The notes: generated from the letters alone by a model not told the origin. A DNA stretch of 64,000 bases from an uncultured Bacteroidales bacterium (GCA_905233585.1 CAJOFD010000008.1:3077-67076); one strand, 5' to 3'; positions 7,464 to 18,074 are shown, counted from the first letter of the stretch. Program-made: numbers and translations.

Positions 7464-9944
7464 TTAATAGGGGTCTACATCTATAATGTAAAATACAGAA
7501 GAACAACTCTTTCTTCTTTTCATTTCTTCCCAACAATCAACAATTGATTTTTTATTTGTAGATAATTTTTTATCAAGAGGTATTTTTATCAAGATTTCTT
7601 TTCTGAACGTATTTTTTATTTTGGGTATAAGGGCATCCTCGGGACCGAAAATAGGTGTGTGAATATATTGCCTCAACAAAGCCACATAGTCTGTTGCAAT
7701 GTTATTTAATAATACTATGTCTTTATGTTGCAAACATATTTTCACGATTCTGCAATAAGGCGGATAATAAAATTGTTTGCGTTCATTCAATAACCTGTTT
7801 ATAACAATTTGATTATCGTAATTTTGTAAGTGTTTGAAAATATCGTGTTGTGGATTTTGCGTTTGAATAATTACCTTGCCTTGTTTGTTTTTTCTTCCAG
7901 CCCGTCCACTCACTTGTGTCAGCAATTGAAAAGCCCTTTCAAAAGCCCTAAAATCAGGATAATTGAGCATGTTGTCGGCATTCAAAACCCCCACCAATGA
8001 TACATTATCAAAGTCTAAACCTTTGGTTATCATCTGTGTACCTACTAAAATGTTTGTTTTTCCGCTTTCAAAATTGTGAATGATTTGCTGAAATGAGTTT
8101 TTGTTACGCGTAGAATCGTAATCCAAACGGTCAATGCGTATATTGGGAAAGATCTTTATCAATTCTTCTTCAATTCTTTCAGTTCCAAATCCTTTCATGT
8201 CAAGCGCTTGTGCATTGCAATTGGGGCAGGTTTCAATTATTTTTTGCGAAAATCCGCAATAATGGCAGCGAAGTTGTCTGTCGTGTTTATGGTAAGTGAG
8301 CGTAACATCGCAGTTTTTGCAATGGGGAATATAACCGCAAGTAGGACATTCTATATGTGGAGCAAAACCTCTTCTGTTTTGAAATAAAATCACCTGTTCG
8401 TTTGAAGATATGGCTTGTTCTATAGATGTAAGCAAATAATGACTAAAATGTTCTTGCATTTCACCTTTGAATTTAGCCTTTTTTATATCCACCAATTCGA
8501 TACTTGGTAATTGTAAGCCCTTGTAGCGTTCGGTTAAGGCTACGTATTCATATTTTCCAACGAGTGTGTTGTAATATGTTTCCACAGCGGGGGTTGCAGT
8601 TCCTAATAGTAAATTGGCTTGATGAAAATTGGCTAACATAATGGCAGTATCTCGTGCATTGTAGCGGGGAGAAGGCTCGTATTGTTTATAGGAATTGTCA
8701 TGCTCTTCATCTATAATAATTAATCCTAAATTATTGAATGGTAGAAAAATAGCAGATCTTGCCCCTAAAATAATTTGAAATTGTTCTCCGTTTTCGCTGT
8801 TTAAATTGTTCCAGATTTCAGCACGCTGCAAAACGTTGTATTTAGAATGATATACGCCGACTTTTTCACCAAAATAATATCGCAGACGATTGATTATTTG
8901 TTCTGTAAGGGCAATTTCAGGAAGCAAATAAAGTACTTGTTGGCCTTTGTTGAGCGTTTGTTGTATGAGTTTGATGTATATTTCTGTTTTTCCGCTGCCT
9001 GTTACGCCATGCAATAAAACTTTTTTACCATTGGCAAAACTATTGCAGATTTGTTTAAAAGCCTCATTTTGCATGGGAGTGAGTTCAATATTATCGGTGG
9101 AGGCTATGCTTTTGAAACGGGGCAAACGACTGACAGGCAAAGATTGGGTTACAAATACTTTTTTGAGTATCAATGATGAAATGCGGCTTTCTGTAACCGA
9201 TTTCTGTTGCAATAGCTCATTTTTCCTAACAAAAGGATATTTGTTTTTTTGTTGTAAATAAAGTAATTGAAGTATAGTATTGGCTTGTTCTTGGGTGTTT
9301 CTTTTGGCTTCCATTGTTTGAAGAAGGTCAGATAATTTTTGTTCGTCTTTCTGGTATTCTTCGCTTAAGGAAATGAATGTCTCATTTTTTTGTTTAAACT
9401 TATCAACAACCTCTTCTGTAATATAAATCAAACATTTGTCCACCATTTTGTTTATTTGTGCCATTGCATAAGTGTTGCCTAACAATTGACAAAGTTGATT
9501 TAAGTTTACTTGTTTGTTTATTTGTAGAAAATTGATAATTTTTAATTCTTGGCTGTCCAAATTGGTTATATCGCCATCAAAATCAGGGTGAATAGCCACT
9601 TTTGTTTCGCTATTCAATTTGAATACGGCAGGTAACGCCGCATTCATTACATCTCCAATATTGGTGAGGTAATAATCTGCCAACCAAAACCAAAGTTTGA
9701 GTTGATAGGCGGTAACAATGGCCTGTTCATCTAAAATGGAAATAATGGATTTAGATAGCATGTTTTGAGGGGGATTTGTGTGAATATGAGCCACAACAGC
9801 AGAATAAAATTTATTCCGCCCAAAATTGACCAATACACGTTGCCCTGTCAAAATTTGGGTGGCTAAATTTTCTGGTACCGAATAGGTAAAAGTACCTTTA
9901 ACTGGTAAGGGCAATATGACATCAACAAACAAACTATTCATCAT
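7464..9944 (-). CDS. priA: primosomal protein N' (replication restart helicase PriA)
   Basis: 826 aa. Walker A motif LLHGVTGSGKTEIY, DEEH box (IIIDEEHD) and a Cys-rich zinc-binding insert (CPTCGY..CKNCDV..CHYCGF..CPNC). Confidence 0.9.
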   Translation of the reverse strand: MMNSLFVDVILPLPVKGTFTYSVPENLATQILTGQRVLVNFGRNKFYSAVVAHIHTNPPQNMLSKSIISILDEQAIVTAYQLKLWFWLADYYLTNIGDVMNAALPAVFKLNSETKVAIHPDFDGDITNLDSQELKIINFLQINKQVNLNQLCQLLGNTYAMAQINKMVDKCLIYITEEVVDKFKQKNETFISLSEEYQKDEQKLSDLLQTMEAKRNTQEQANTILQLLYLQQKNKYPFVRKNELLQQKSVTESRISSLILKKVFVTQSLPVSRLPRFKSIASTDNIELTPMQNEAFKQICNSFANGKKVLLHGVTGSGKTEIYIKLIQQTLNKGQQVLYLLPEIALTEQIINRLRYYFGEKVGVYHSKYNVLQRAEIWNNLNSENGEQFQIILGARSAIFLPFNNLGLIIIDEEHDNSYKQYEPSPRYNARDTAIMLANFHQANLLLGTATPAVETYYNTLVGKYEYVALTERYKGLQLPSIELVDIKKAKFKGEMQEHFSHYLLTSIEQAISSNEQVILFQNRRGFAPHIECPTCGYIPHCKNCDVTLTYHKHDRQLRCHYCGFSQKIIETCPNCNAQALDMKGFGTERIEEELIKIFPNIRIDRLDYDSTRNKNSFQQIIHNFESGKTNILVGTQMITKGLDFDNVSLVGVLNADNMLNYPDFRAFERAFQLLTQVSGRAGRKNKQGKVIIQTQNPQHDIFKHLQNYDNQIVINRLLNERKQFYYPPYCRIVKICLQHKDIVLLNNIATDYVALLRQYIHTPIFGPEDALIPKIKNTFRKEILIKIPLDKKLSTNKKSIVDCWEEMKRRKSCSSVFYIIDVDPY

Positions 9945-11947
9945 TATTTTCTAATGGTTACCCCTAAAATGGATTCTATTTCGCTTATTGTTTGATTTAG
10001 ATTTTGTATTTTTTGCATTGTGTCTATTAAAAGTTGTTCGTCTAAAGGTTGTTTCAGGCATTCTAATTGCCTATTGCGAATAATTTCTAAATGTTCCAAT
10101 TTAAAATATTGTATAGTACGCACAACTTCTTCGCAGAGTTTGGCTTCATTGTTTTCCGTAGTTAATATAGGGGAATTTATTTTGCTGTCAGTCCAATGAA
10201 TACTTTCGGGGGCAAATAGTTCTTGCAGGTTAAGAATTTGATTTCTTGTTTCTTCGTCAGCATCCATTAATATATGTTGCACTACACTGGTGTTATATTT
10301 TTCGGCAGATGATATATAAGTGTTTAGTAGTTTTTGATAAATGTCATTAGATAAATCAATTTCTTCTTCGGCTAAATTGTCAATAATATATTGATCTATT
10401 CTATATTCAATAGGGGAATCTGGTTTTTCTTCATTTTCAAAAAAAATCAGCGATTCGCCTTTGTTGAATAATAGTTTGAGTAAATTTTTTTCTGTTTTTT
10501 CCAACATACTGTTGGCTGATACCTCAATGTGAGTGTTAGGGTGCGAGTGTTTGTCTGTATTGTTGATAAGGGTTTGTATTTCTTCGGTAGCGGTTGGGGT
10601 GTTATTCTTGTTTTTTTTGTTGAGTAAGAGCATTTTTGCCCGCTCTGTTTTTACGGCTTGAGCAATAGTATCTTCCGACATGTGAAGTTTGGCACTACAT
10701 TGTTGTACATAAACAGCACATAATAAAACATTGTTGGTAATGGCAATCATTGAAGCGATGTTGGTGAGCAGTTCCGCTTTTTTTATGGGGTCATTCCCAA
10801 TGTCTTTGCTGTTTAAATCAATGTAAAAATTGATGAAATCTTGCTCGTTTTCATTGATATAGTTTAAACATTCGTCCAATGAATGATTTTTTGCAAAAGA
10901 ATCAGGGTCATCTTCGGGAGGGAGCAACACAACTCTAACATTCATTTCTTCTTTGAGAATCATGGGTACCCCGCGTATTGCAGCATGAATGCCAGCATTG
11001 TCTCCATCGTAGATAATTGTAATATTGTTTGTGTATTTTTTTATCAGTTTTATTTGCTCTTGTGTCAGAGATGTTCCCGAAGAGGAAACCACGTTTTTTA
11101 TGCCAACTTGGTGAAAGGAAATAACATCGGTATAACCCTCTACCAAGAAACACTTGTCTTTTTTATGTATGTCATTTTTTGAAAAATAAAGACCATATAA
11201 GGAATTGCTTTTGTGATATATTTCAGATTCTGGGGAATTGATATATTTGGCTCCTTGTATGGGCTTACCTGCACTCATTACACGTCCGCCAAAGCCGATA
11301 ACTCTACCAGAAGTGTTGTGAATAGGGAAAATTACCCGTTCGTGAAATCTGTCGGAATAAATTTTTTTAACACTGTCGTGAATAATGGCTAACCCTGCTT
11401 TTTGCAATAACTCAATTGAATATCCGTTTTTTAAGGCATGTTGCACCAAGGCATCTTTTGTTTTGGGTGAATAGCCTAATTGAAAATCATTGATAGTAGC
11501 AGGCAAAAATTCACGCGATTCAAAATAAGTCAATCCGACATTTTGCCCTTCTTCGGTATGGTGCAATTGGTCTGAAAAAAAAGTCTTTGCAAAATTTACA
11601 ATATTAAAAAGTTGTTCTCTTTCGGTTTGTAAGGCTTTTTCTTTTGCCGTATCTTCTGTTTCTTTGATTTCAATGCCATATTTTTGAGCCAAATATTTCA
11701 GTGCTTCGGGATAGGTGTAATTTTCGTGTTTCATAACAAAAGAAACTGCATCACCTCCTGTTCCGCACACAAAACATTTAAATATGTTTTTTGACGTTGA
11801 TACCATCATAGACGGTGAGTGGTCATCATGAAAAGGACATATTCCAGCATAATTTGCTCCCTTCCTTTTGAGGTCAACAAAATCGCCGATAACCTCTTCA
11901 ATGCGACAAGCACTGATAATTCGTTCAATGTCAATTTGCGAAATCAT
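9944..11947 (-). CDS. dnaG: DNA primase
   Basis: Zinc-ribbon CPFHDDHSPSMMVS..FKCFVCGTGGDAVSF and a TOPRIM region (VEGYTDV...IYDGDNAG). ATG 11947 (MISQIDIER) is preferred over the 11974 start, which would overlap argS. Confidence 0.9.
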   Translation of the reverse strand: MISQIDIERIISACRIEEVIGDFVDLKRKGANYAGICPFHDDHSPSMMVSTSKNIFKCFVCGTGGDAVSFVMKHENYTYPEALKYLAQKYGIEIKETEDTAKEKALQTEREQLFNIVNFAKTFFSDQLHHTEEGQNVGLTYFESREFLPATINDFQLGYSPKTKDALVQHALKNGYSIELLQKAGLAIIHDSVKKIYSDRFHERVIFPIHNTSGRVIGFGGRVMSAGKPIQGAKYINSPESEIYHKSNSLYGLYFSKNDIHKKDKCFLVEGYTDVISFHQVGIKNVVSSSGTSLTQEQIKLIKKYTNNITIIYDGDNAGIHAAIRGVPMILKEEMNVRVVLLPPEDDPDSFAKNHSLDECLNYINENEQDFINFYIDLNSKDIGNDPIKKAELLTNIASMIAITNNVLLCAVYVQQCSAKLHMSEDTIAQAVKTERAKMLLLNKKNKNNTPTATEEIQTLINNTDKHSHPNTHIEVSANSMLEKTEKNLLKLLFNKGESLIFFENEEKPDSPIEYRIDQYIIDNLAEEEIDLSNDIYQKLLNTYISSAEKYNTSVVQHILMDADEETRNQILNLQELFAPESIHWTDSKINSPILTTENNEAKLCEEVVRTIQYFKLEHLEIIRNRQLECLKQPLDEQLLIDTMQKIQNLNQTISEIESILGVTIRK

Positions 11948-11951
11948 TTGT

Positions 11952-13739
11952 TTACATCTTTTCAGGTACATCAATGCCCAATAAATTCATAGCATGGGCA
12001 ATGAGTTTGGCAATTAAGTGAGATAATTGTAAACGTAAGATTCTTAATTCATTGTCTTCGCATTTAAGTATTTTGTTACTTTGGTAGAATTGATTGTATT
12101 GTTTTACCAAATTGTAGGTGTAATTAGCAATAAGTGCAGGATTTAAATCTTCACCGGCTTGATAGAGTACATTTCTATAATCGTAGATGTTTTTCAGTAA
12201 TTCCAATTCTGCTGCAGGTATTTCACAATTGAGATTTTGATCAATATCCATGTTTTGTTCTTGTGCTTTTTGCAAAAGAGAACAAATTCTTGCGTGGGTA
12301 TATTGTATAAAAGGAGCCGTATTACCATTCAAATCAACGGATTCGTCAGGGTTGAAGAGCATATTTTTCTTTGGGTCAACTTTTAAGATAAAATATTTTA
12401 ATGCACCCAAGCCAATCATTTCAAATAATTGTTGTGCTTCTTGCGGTGAGAATTGGTCTATTTTGCCCAATTCTGTTGTATTTTGTTTGGCCACTTCATA
12501 CATTTCTTGCATCAAGTCGTCAGCATCAACAACGGTTCCTTCACGTGATTTCATTTTGCCATTGGGCAATTCTACCATACCATAAGATAAATGGAAGATA
12601 TTTTTTCCCCATTCAAAACCTAATTTTTTGTCTAAAATAAGTTTAAGTACTTCAAAATGATAATTTTGTTCATTCCCAACTACATATATCATTTTTTGTG
12701 GGGCAAATTCTTTGGCACGCAGGCTTGCTGTTCCCAAATCTTGGGTCATATACACAGAAGTGCCGTCTTTGCGGAGAAGTATTTTTTCGTCAAGTCCATC
12801 TTGGGTTAAATCAATACGCACCGAACCATCTTGATGACGATAGAAAATATTATTGGCTAATCCTTGGGCAACAATATCTTTTCCTAAGAGATAAGTTTCT
12901 GATTCATAGTAGATTTTATCAAAATGTATCCCTAAGCGATTGTATGTCTGTTCAAAACCTTCATACACCCATTCGTTCATTTGTTGCCAAAGGTCGCGAA
13001 CTTCTTTATCTCCATTTTCCCATTTGCGGAGCATATCTTGAGCTGCGAGTAGGATAGGGGCTTCTTGTTTGGCTTCGTCTTCTGTTTTACCGGATTGTAT
13101 AAGTTGTTGTATTTCTTCTTTGTAGCAACGGTCAAAGGCAACATAGTATTTTCCCACCAATTTGTCCCCTTTCATTCCTGAACTTGCAGGTGTTTCTCCG
13201 TTGCCCAATTTGAGCCATGCAACCATGGATTTGCAGATATGAATACCTCTATCGTTTACTAGATTAACACGTTTTACATTAAAACCATTGTTTTCTAATA
13301 TGTTGCAGATGGCTGACCCTAATAGGTTGTTGCGAACATGGCCTAAATGTAGGGGTTTGTTGGTGTTGGGAGAAGAAAATTCAACAACACAAGGTGCTTG
13401 ATTTTCAGGTTTGAAAAAGTGAAAATCAGATGTTTTTATGGTTTGAAAAAACAAAAACCATGCATGTTGGGATACAGATAGGTTTAAAAATCCTTTTACA
13501 ACATTAAAGGCAGACAATATATCTGTTTTTTTGAGCATGGTTTCTCCAATTTGTTGGGCGGTAGCCTCCGGAGAAGTTGCTGAAAATTTGACAAAAGGAA
13601 AAACCACGATGGTGAAATCGCCGGTAAATTCTTTGCGTGTTTGACTTATTTGAATATTTTTTTCATCAACAGTTTGATGGTATAAATCGTTAATTGTTTG
13701 AATAAGAACTTGTTTTATTGTGTTTTCGAATATTTTCAT
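11952..13739 (-). CDS. argS: arginine--tRNA ligase
   Basis: 595 aa. Class I HIGH motif (SSPNTNKPLHLGHVRN), with MSKS-like GKMKSREG. Confidence 0.9.
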   Translation of the reverse strand: MKIFENTIKQVLIQTINDLYHQTVDEKNIQISQTRKEFTGDFTIVVFPFVKFSATSPEATAQQIGETMLKKTDILSAFNVVKGFLNLSVSQHAWFLFFQTIKTSDFHFFKPENQAPCVVEFSSPNTNKPLHLGHVRNNLLGSAICNILENNGFNVKRVNLVNDRGIHICKSMVAWLKLGNGETPASSGMKGDKLVGKYYVAFDRCYKEEIQQLIQSGKTEDEAKQEAPILLAAQDMLRKWENGDKEVRDLWQQMNEWVYEGFEQTYNRLGIHFDKIYYESETYLLGKDIVAQGLANNIFYRHQDGSVRIDLTQDGLDEKILLRKDGTSVYMTQDLGTASLRAKEFAPQKMIYVVGNEQNYHFEVLKLILDKKLGFEWGKNIFHLSYGMVELPNGKMKSREGTVVDADDLMQEMYEVAKQNTTELGKIDQFSPQEAQQLFEMIGLGALKYFILKVDPKKNMLFNPDESVDLNGNTAPFIQYTHARICSLLQKAQEQNMDIDQNLNCEIPAAELELLKNIYDYRNVLYQAGEDLNPALIANYTYNLVKQYNQFYQSNKILKCEDNELRILRLQLSHLIAKLIAHAMNLLGIDVPEKM

Positions 13740-13753
13740 TTTTATATGTATTT

Positions 13754-14419
13754 TTAGCGTTTCCCGAATATTGCACTACCAATTCTAACCATTGTCGAAC
13801 CTTCTTGTTGGGCAATGGCAAAGTCGTTGGTCATACCCATACTGATTTCTTTGAAATAGTTTTTGTCGGCGAAATAGTTTTGTTTTAAAGAGTCAAAATA
13901 AATTTTTAATTGTTTGAATTCTTGAGTAATTTTGTTATTGTCGTTTGTAAATGAAGCCATGCCCATTACGCCGCAAATACGTATGTGTTGTAAATTGGCA
14001 AAATTGGTGTTTTGGAGCATTTGTTGGGCTTCTTCAAAGGTAAACCCGAATTTTGTTTCTTCTTGGGCAATGTGAAATTGTAATAAACAATCCACTACGC
14101 GGTTATGTTTGTTTGCTTGTCTGTCAACTTCTTTCAGTAGATTTTCGTTGTCAATTCCTTGTATGCAGGATACAAAATCAATGATATACTTTACTTTGTT
14201 GCGTTGCAGATGTCCGATGAAATGCCATTGTATGTCTTTGGGCAATTGTGGATATTTTTCCACTAATTCTTGTACGTAATTTTCTCCGAACAAACGTTGT
14301 CCTGCATTGTAGGCTTCCATGATGTCAGAACATGGTTTCAGTTTGGAAACGGCAATTAATTGAACATTTTTATTTAGTTGATTACAAATAGATTGTATGT
14401 TTTCTGCAATATTATTCAT
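13754..14419 (-). CDS. yggS: YggS-family pyridoxal-phosphate homeostasis protein
   Basis: LIAVSKLKP (PLP lysine), HFIGHLQRNK, GMTNDF and MVRIGSAIFG. ATG 14419 (MNNIAENI) lies downstream of the -7 box at 14438-14445. Confidence 0.85.
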   Translation of the reverse strand: MNNIAENIQSICNQLNKNVQLIAVSKLKPCSDIMEAYNAGQRLFGENYVQELVEKYPQLPKDIQWHFIGHLQRNKVKYIIDFVSCIQGIDNENLLKEVDRQANKHNRVVDCLLQFHIAQEETKFGFTFEEAQQMLQNTNFANLQHIRICGVMGMASFTNDNNKITQEFKQLKIYFDSLKQNYFADKNYFKEISMGMTNDFAIAQQEGSTMVRIGSAIFGKR

Positions 14420-14437
14420 TTTACAATTTATTTTCTG

Positions 14438-14445
14438 CAAAGATA
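14438..14445 (-). promoter_or_regulatory. Bacteroidota -7 promoter box (TATCTTTG on minus strand)
   Basis: Plus strand reads caaagata, 18 nt upstream of ATG 14419. Confidence 0.5.
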
Positions 14446-14498
14446 CACATTTTCTGTTTCCCATTATAGAAATACCGAATATTAATAAGCGGTTTCAT

Positions 14499-15467
14499 TT
14501 AGGTTGTGTATATCAGGTTGACAATATCTTGCAATATGTAAGCATTTTCAATGTTGGGAATAGTAGGGGCTTGTTCTAATGAGGCTCCTTGTAACAAGTG
14601 TTGGGCTTGTTCAATGATTGGTAAATTCAAGCAATCTGTAGCAATTTCAATATTTTGAATACAATGCAGTGTCTCGTTGCTTGTAATATCCAATTCCACT
14701 TCTCCCCATGCAAAAGAGGCACTTTGTTTGGAGTGAAAGTTTCTCCATTTGGCGAATAAAAAATCATCGGAAGCAAGCATTTGGCTTTGTGCTATCACCT
14801 CAGGCGTGCAAACAAGGTCAAAGGGTGTGATTTGAGCTTTTGCTTGATATACATCTTGAAATGCAGTAATTAATGGCTGTACAATGTTCTCTGAATTGAC
14901 AGCAGCCAATTCAGAAAGATTGACAATGCGACTGCTGACAGATGCAACTCCATGTTTTTTCAATTTACTGGGTTTTACTTTAAGGTATTTTTGAACCTTG
15001 GTAATATCTGTTTTTATTAATAATGTTCCGTGGTGCAAATTGTTGATTTTGTCTGTTGTTGCAAAGGCATTGCCTGAAAATTTACGTCCATCGCACAAGA
15101 GGTCGTTTCTTCCGGATATTTCGGTCTGCAATCCAAATGTTTGTAAGGCTTTTTGTATGACAGCAAATTGTTTGGGAACATTATAATATTGCTTGGGAAC
15201 GATAAAAGAAAAATTAAGATTACCGGCATCGTGATATACGGCACCACCGCCTGTTAGTCTTCTCATCAGATGTCCCCCTTCTGACAATAGTGTATCAACA
15301 TTGCATTCCGTATAAGGATTTTGATTAAGGCCAATAACTACCGTTTGATAATTTTTCCATAGATACATCACTAATGTATCGTCAGGGTTTTGTTTGACTA
15401 AATTTTGTTCTACCGCTAAATTCAAAAAAGGATTTTGCTGATTGCTGATAACTATTTTCAGTTGCAT
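14499..15467 (-). CDS. lplA: lipoate--protein ligase
   Basis: NPFLNLAVEQNL, RRLTGGGAVYHDAGNLNFSFI and GRKFSGNA. ATG 15467 (MQLKIV) is taken as the start; the 29-aa upstream extension looks non-coding. Confidence 0.8.
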   Translation of the reverse strand: MQLKIVISNQQNPFLNLAVEQNLVKQNPDDTLVMYLWKNYQTVVIGLNQNPYTECNVDTLLSEGGHLMRRLTGGGAVYHDAGNLNFSFIVPKQYYNVPKQFAVIQKALQTFGLQTEISGRNDLLCDGRKFSGNAFATTDKINNLHHGTLLIKTDITKVQKYLKVKPSKLKKHGVASVSSRIVNLSELAAVNSENIVQPLITAFQDVYQAKAQITPFDLVCTPEVIAQSQMLASDDFLFAKWRNFHSKQSASFAWGEVELDITSNETLHCIQNIEIATDCLNLPIIEQAQHLLQGASLEQAPTIPNIENAYILQDIVNLIYTT

Positions 15468-15568
15468 AAATATAATATTACGGTTTGTTGCACTTAATAA
15501 ACGAAAAAATAGTTCAAATCGTATATTAGCAAAGTGCTGTTGGTTGTTAAACATTTCTAAAAAAGTTA

Positions 15569-15576
15569 TACATTTG
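15569..15576 (+). promoter_or_regulatory. Bacteroidota -7 promoter box (TACATTTG)
   Basis: Matches TAnnTTTG, 16 nt upstream of the GTG start at 15593. Confidence 0.45.
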
Positions 15577-15592
15577 CAAAAATTAATTAGCA

Positions 15593-16642
15593 GTGAATAA
15601 AATAAAGATATTGGCTATAGTCATGCTGTTTGTTTTTGTGGCATGTGCAAAAGAGTTTACGATAACCTTGCAGTCTAACGATGAAAATATGGGTTCGGTT
15701 AGTGGGGGCGGTACCTATCGCAAGGGAACAAATGCCAAATTGTTGGCCATTCCGAAAAATACGTATAAATTTGTAAAATGGGATGATGAAGATACTTCTA
15801 ATCCTCGCAGTATAGTTGTCGAACAGAATAAGACATATACGGCGATATTTGCAACTGATGTTCAGGAAGATGAGGGAGGCGACCCAACAACAATTCATAC
15901 AGGCATTGCTGTTATAGATGCGTTAGCATCGGATATGATAAAAGTGGAAGGCGGTACTTTTTGGATGGGTGCCAGAGCCAATGATACAGCCGCCAATATA
16001 AATGAAAAACCACAGCATAATGTAACATTAAGTGATTTCTATATTTGTAAATATGAAGTTACTCAAGAATTATGGCAGACGGTGATGGGTACAAGCCCAA
16101 CGTATGCAGGTGGTTGGAATGATACTTATGGTAAAGGTGATAAATATCCTGCATATTATATTAGTTGGAATGATTGTGATAGTTTTCTTCTGGAATTGAA
16201 TAAATTGACAGGATTGAAATTTCGTTTGCCAACGGAAGCCGAATGGGAATATGCTGCTAAAGGCGGGCAAAAAAGCAGAGGATATGTTTATGCAGGTAGC
16301 GATACCCTTGAACGTGTTGCGTGGTGTATAAATAATTCGGACAGCAAAAATCATCTGGTTATGCAGAAACAAGCCAATGAGTTGGGCTTATATGATATGA
16401 CAGGCAACGTTTCTGAATGGTGTAGCGATTGGTATAGTGCTACTTATTATAAAGAAAGCAATAATACAATCGCCCCCAAGGGACCTACTTCTGGTATTAA
16501 TCGTATCAATAGAGGTGGCAGTTGGGGCAATAGCGAAAATCCTTGCCGTGTAGTATATCGTGGCAGCAATGGTCCAGACAATAAATATTATTATCGTGGT
16601 TTTCGAATTGCCTTATCTGCAATAAAACAACCATCATTTTAG
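15593..16642 (+). CDS. lipoprotein with divergent InlB B-repeat-like N-domain and formylglycine-generating-enzyme (SUMF1/FGE-sulfatase) domain
   Basis: GTG start. Lipobox-like LFVFVAC. FGE-family motifs GGTFWMGA, EKPQHNVTLSDFYICKYEVTQELW, RLPTEAEWEYAAKGG, MTGNVSEWCSDWY and RGGSW. Confidence 0.8.
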   Translation: MNKIKILAIVMLFVFVACAKEFTITLQSNDENMGSVSGGGTYRKGTNAKLLAIPKNTYKFVKWDDEDTSNPRSIVVEQNKTYTAIFATDVQEDEGGDPTTIHTGIAVIDALASDMIKVEGGTFWMGARANDTAANINEKPQHNVTLSDFYICKYEVTQELWQTVMGTSPTYAGGWNDTYGKGDKYPAYYISWNDCDSFLLELNKLTGLKFRLPTEAEWEYAAKGGQKSRGYVYAGSDTLERVAWCINNSDSKNHLVMQKQANELGLYDMTGNVSEWCSDWYSATYYKESNNTIAPKGPTSGINRINRGGSWGNSENPCRVVYRGSNGPDNKYYYRGFRIALSAIKQPSF

Positions 16643-16693
16643 CCAATGTTTTGTGCTTTGTAAATTATATATTTATAATTGAAAATTTTATGC

Positions 16694-16701
16694 TACCTTT
16701 G
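16694..16701 (+). promoter_or_regulatory. Bacteroidota -7 promoter box (TACCTTTG)
   Basis: Matches TAnnTTTG, 66 nt upstream of ATG 16768. Confidence 0.5.
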
Positions 16702-16767
16702 CAAACATAAATTTTTCCATGAAAATATTCATAAAATGATGGAAAAATACCAATAATCATCAAATAT

Positions 16768-18066
16768 ATGGAAATTGTTATTATTATTTTGTTAATTTTG
16801 TTCAATGGCTTGTTGTCCTTGTTGGAAATAGCCCTTATTTCTTCCCGTCAAATTCGTATGAATGCTATGGAGAAAGATAATAAAATGGGGGTGAAAAGGG
16901 CATTGCATTTGATGGATAATCCAGATAAATATTTATCTACCATACAAGTAGGCATTACCTTAATAGGCATCTTAACTGGTCTTTATAGTGGAGATACTTT
17001 TGCTGTTTATCTAAAAGACTATTTGGAACAGTTCGCTCCTATAAATGCTTATGCGGGATTTATTGCCAAAACAATAATTGTTCTTATAATTACTTATTTT
17101 ACCATTGTAATAGGGGAGTTGATACCTAAAAAAATTGCTATGGCTTATCCGGAGACATTGTTGCGTATATTAGGCGGTTTTTTACGGTTCTTTTCTATAG
17201 TTTTTGCACCTCTTGTCTGGATATTGACAAAAAGCATAAATTTGTTTATCAGAATATTGAGAATAAAACCAACTCCTGAAAATAAAATTACTGAAGAAGA
17301 AATATTGGAAGCGGTAAAAATGGGGGCAAGCGAAGGGCAAGTACAAGACGTTGAACAAGATATTGTGGAACGTGTTTTTGATTTGGATGACAGGGATGTT
17401 GAAACCGTTATGACCCATCGTAATGATTTGGTTTGCATAGATATCAAATCAACAATAGAAGATATTCGCAATGTGTTGAAAGATGATATGTATAGTTATT
17501 ATCCTGTGATAGATGGGCATATAGACAATCTTGTCGGAGTCATTTCTTTACAACATTTGGTTATGATATTGTCAGAAGAACCTATGCAGATTGAAAAATA
17601 TATAGAACAACCTCGTTTCTTGCCTGAAACGACTAGTGCTTATAAGGCTTTGGAACAATTTAAATCCACACAAGTGTACTATGCTCTTATTTCTGATGAG
17701 TTTGGAGCGGTACAGGGTATTATTACCTCTGCGGATATTATGGAAGCCTTGTTGGGTAAAATGAGTGTTGCCGATGAAGATGAAGAGACAATTGTTCAAA
17801 TCGGCGAAAATTCGTGGGTGGTTGATGGGCAATATTCGTTTTATGATTTTCTTTCTTATTTTGATATTGAAGATGAAAGTCAAGAGTTTGAATACAATAC
17901 TATCAGTGGGTTGATATTAGATTTGTTAGAACATATTCCAACCATTGGAGAAACGATACAATGGCGAAATTTCAATTTTGAAATTTCCAATATGGACGGG
18001 GCCAGAATTGATAAGGTTGTTGTTACGAAAGTAGAAAGTGAGAAATCTGAAAGTACTACTGAATAA
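16768..18066 (+). CDS. hemolysin-family / CNNM (DUF21)-CBS-CorC_HlyC transporter-associated membrane protein
   Basis: 432 aa. Four N-terminal TM helices, a CBS pair region (VMTHRNDL...YPVIDG...) and a C-terminal CorC/HlyC-like domain (ISGLILDLLEHIP..GETI). Confidence 0.8.
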   Translation: MEIVIIILLILFNGLLSLLEIALISSRQIRMNAMEKDNKMGVKRALHLMDNPDKYLSTIQVGITLIGILTGLYSGDTFAVYLKDYLEQFAPINAYAGFIAKTIIVLIITYFTIVIGELIPKKIAMAYPETLLRILGGFLRFFSIVFAPLVWILTKSINLFIRILRIKPTPENKITEEEILEAVKMGASEGQVQDVEQDIVERVFDLDDRDVETVMTHRNDLVCIDIKSTIEDIRNVLKDDMYSYYPVIDGHIDNLVGVISLQHLVMILSEEPMQIEKYIEQPRFLPETTSAYKALEQFKSTQVYYALISDEFGAVQGIITSADIMEALLGKMSVADEDEETIVQIGENSWVVDGQYSFYDFLSYFDIEDESQEFEYNTISGLILDLLEHIPTIGETIQWRNFNFEISNMDGARIDKVVVTKVESEKSESTTE

Positions 18067-18074
18067 TATTTATA

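Noticed and set aside
16712-16756. 9-bp inverted repeat (tttttccat ... atggaaaaa) and a 6-codon uORF (MMEKYQ) in the leader of the CNNM/CorC gene, considered as a possible Mg-responsive leader
   Set aside because: The stem is entirely A/U-rich, and structures or mini-ORFs of this size arise by chance in such AT-rich DNA. It bears no resemblance to a riboswitch class I know.
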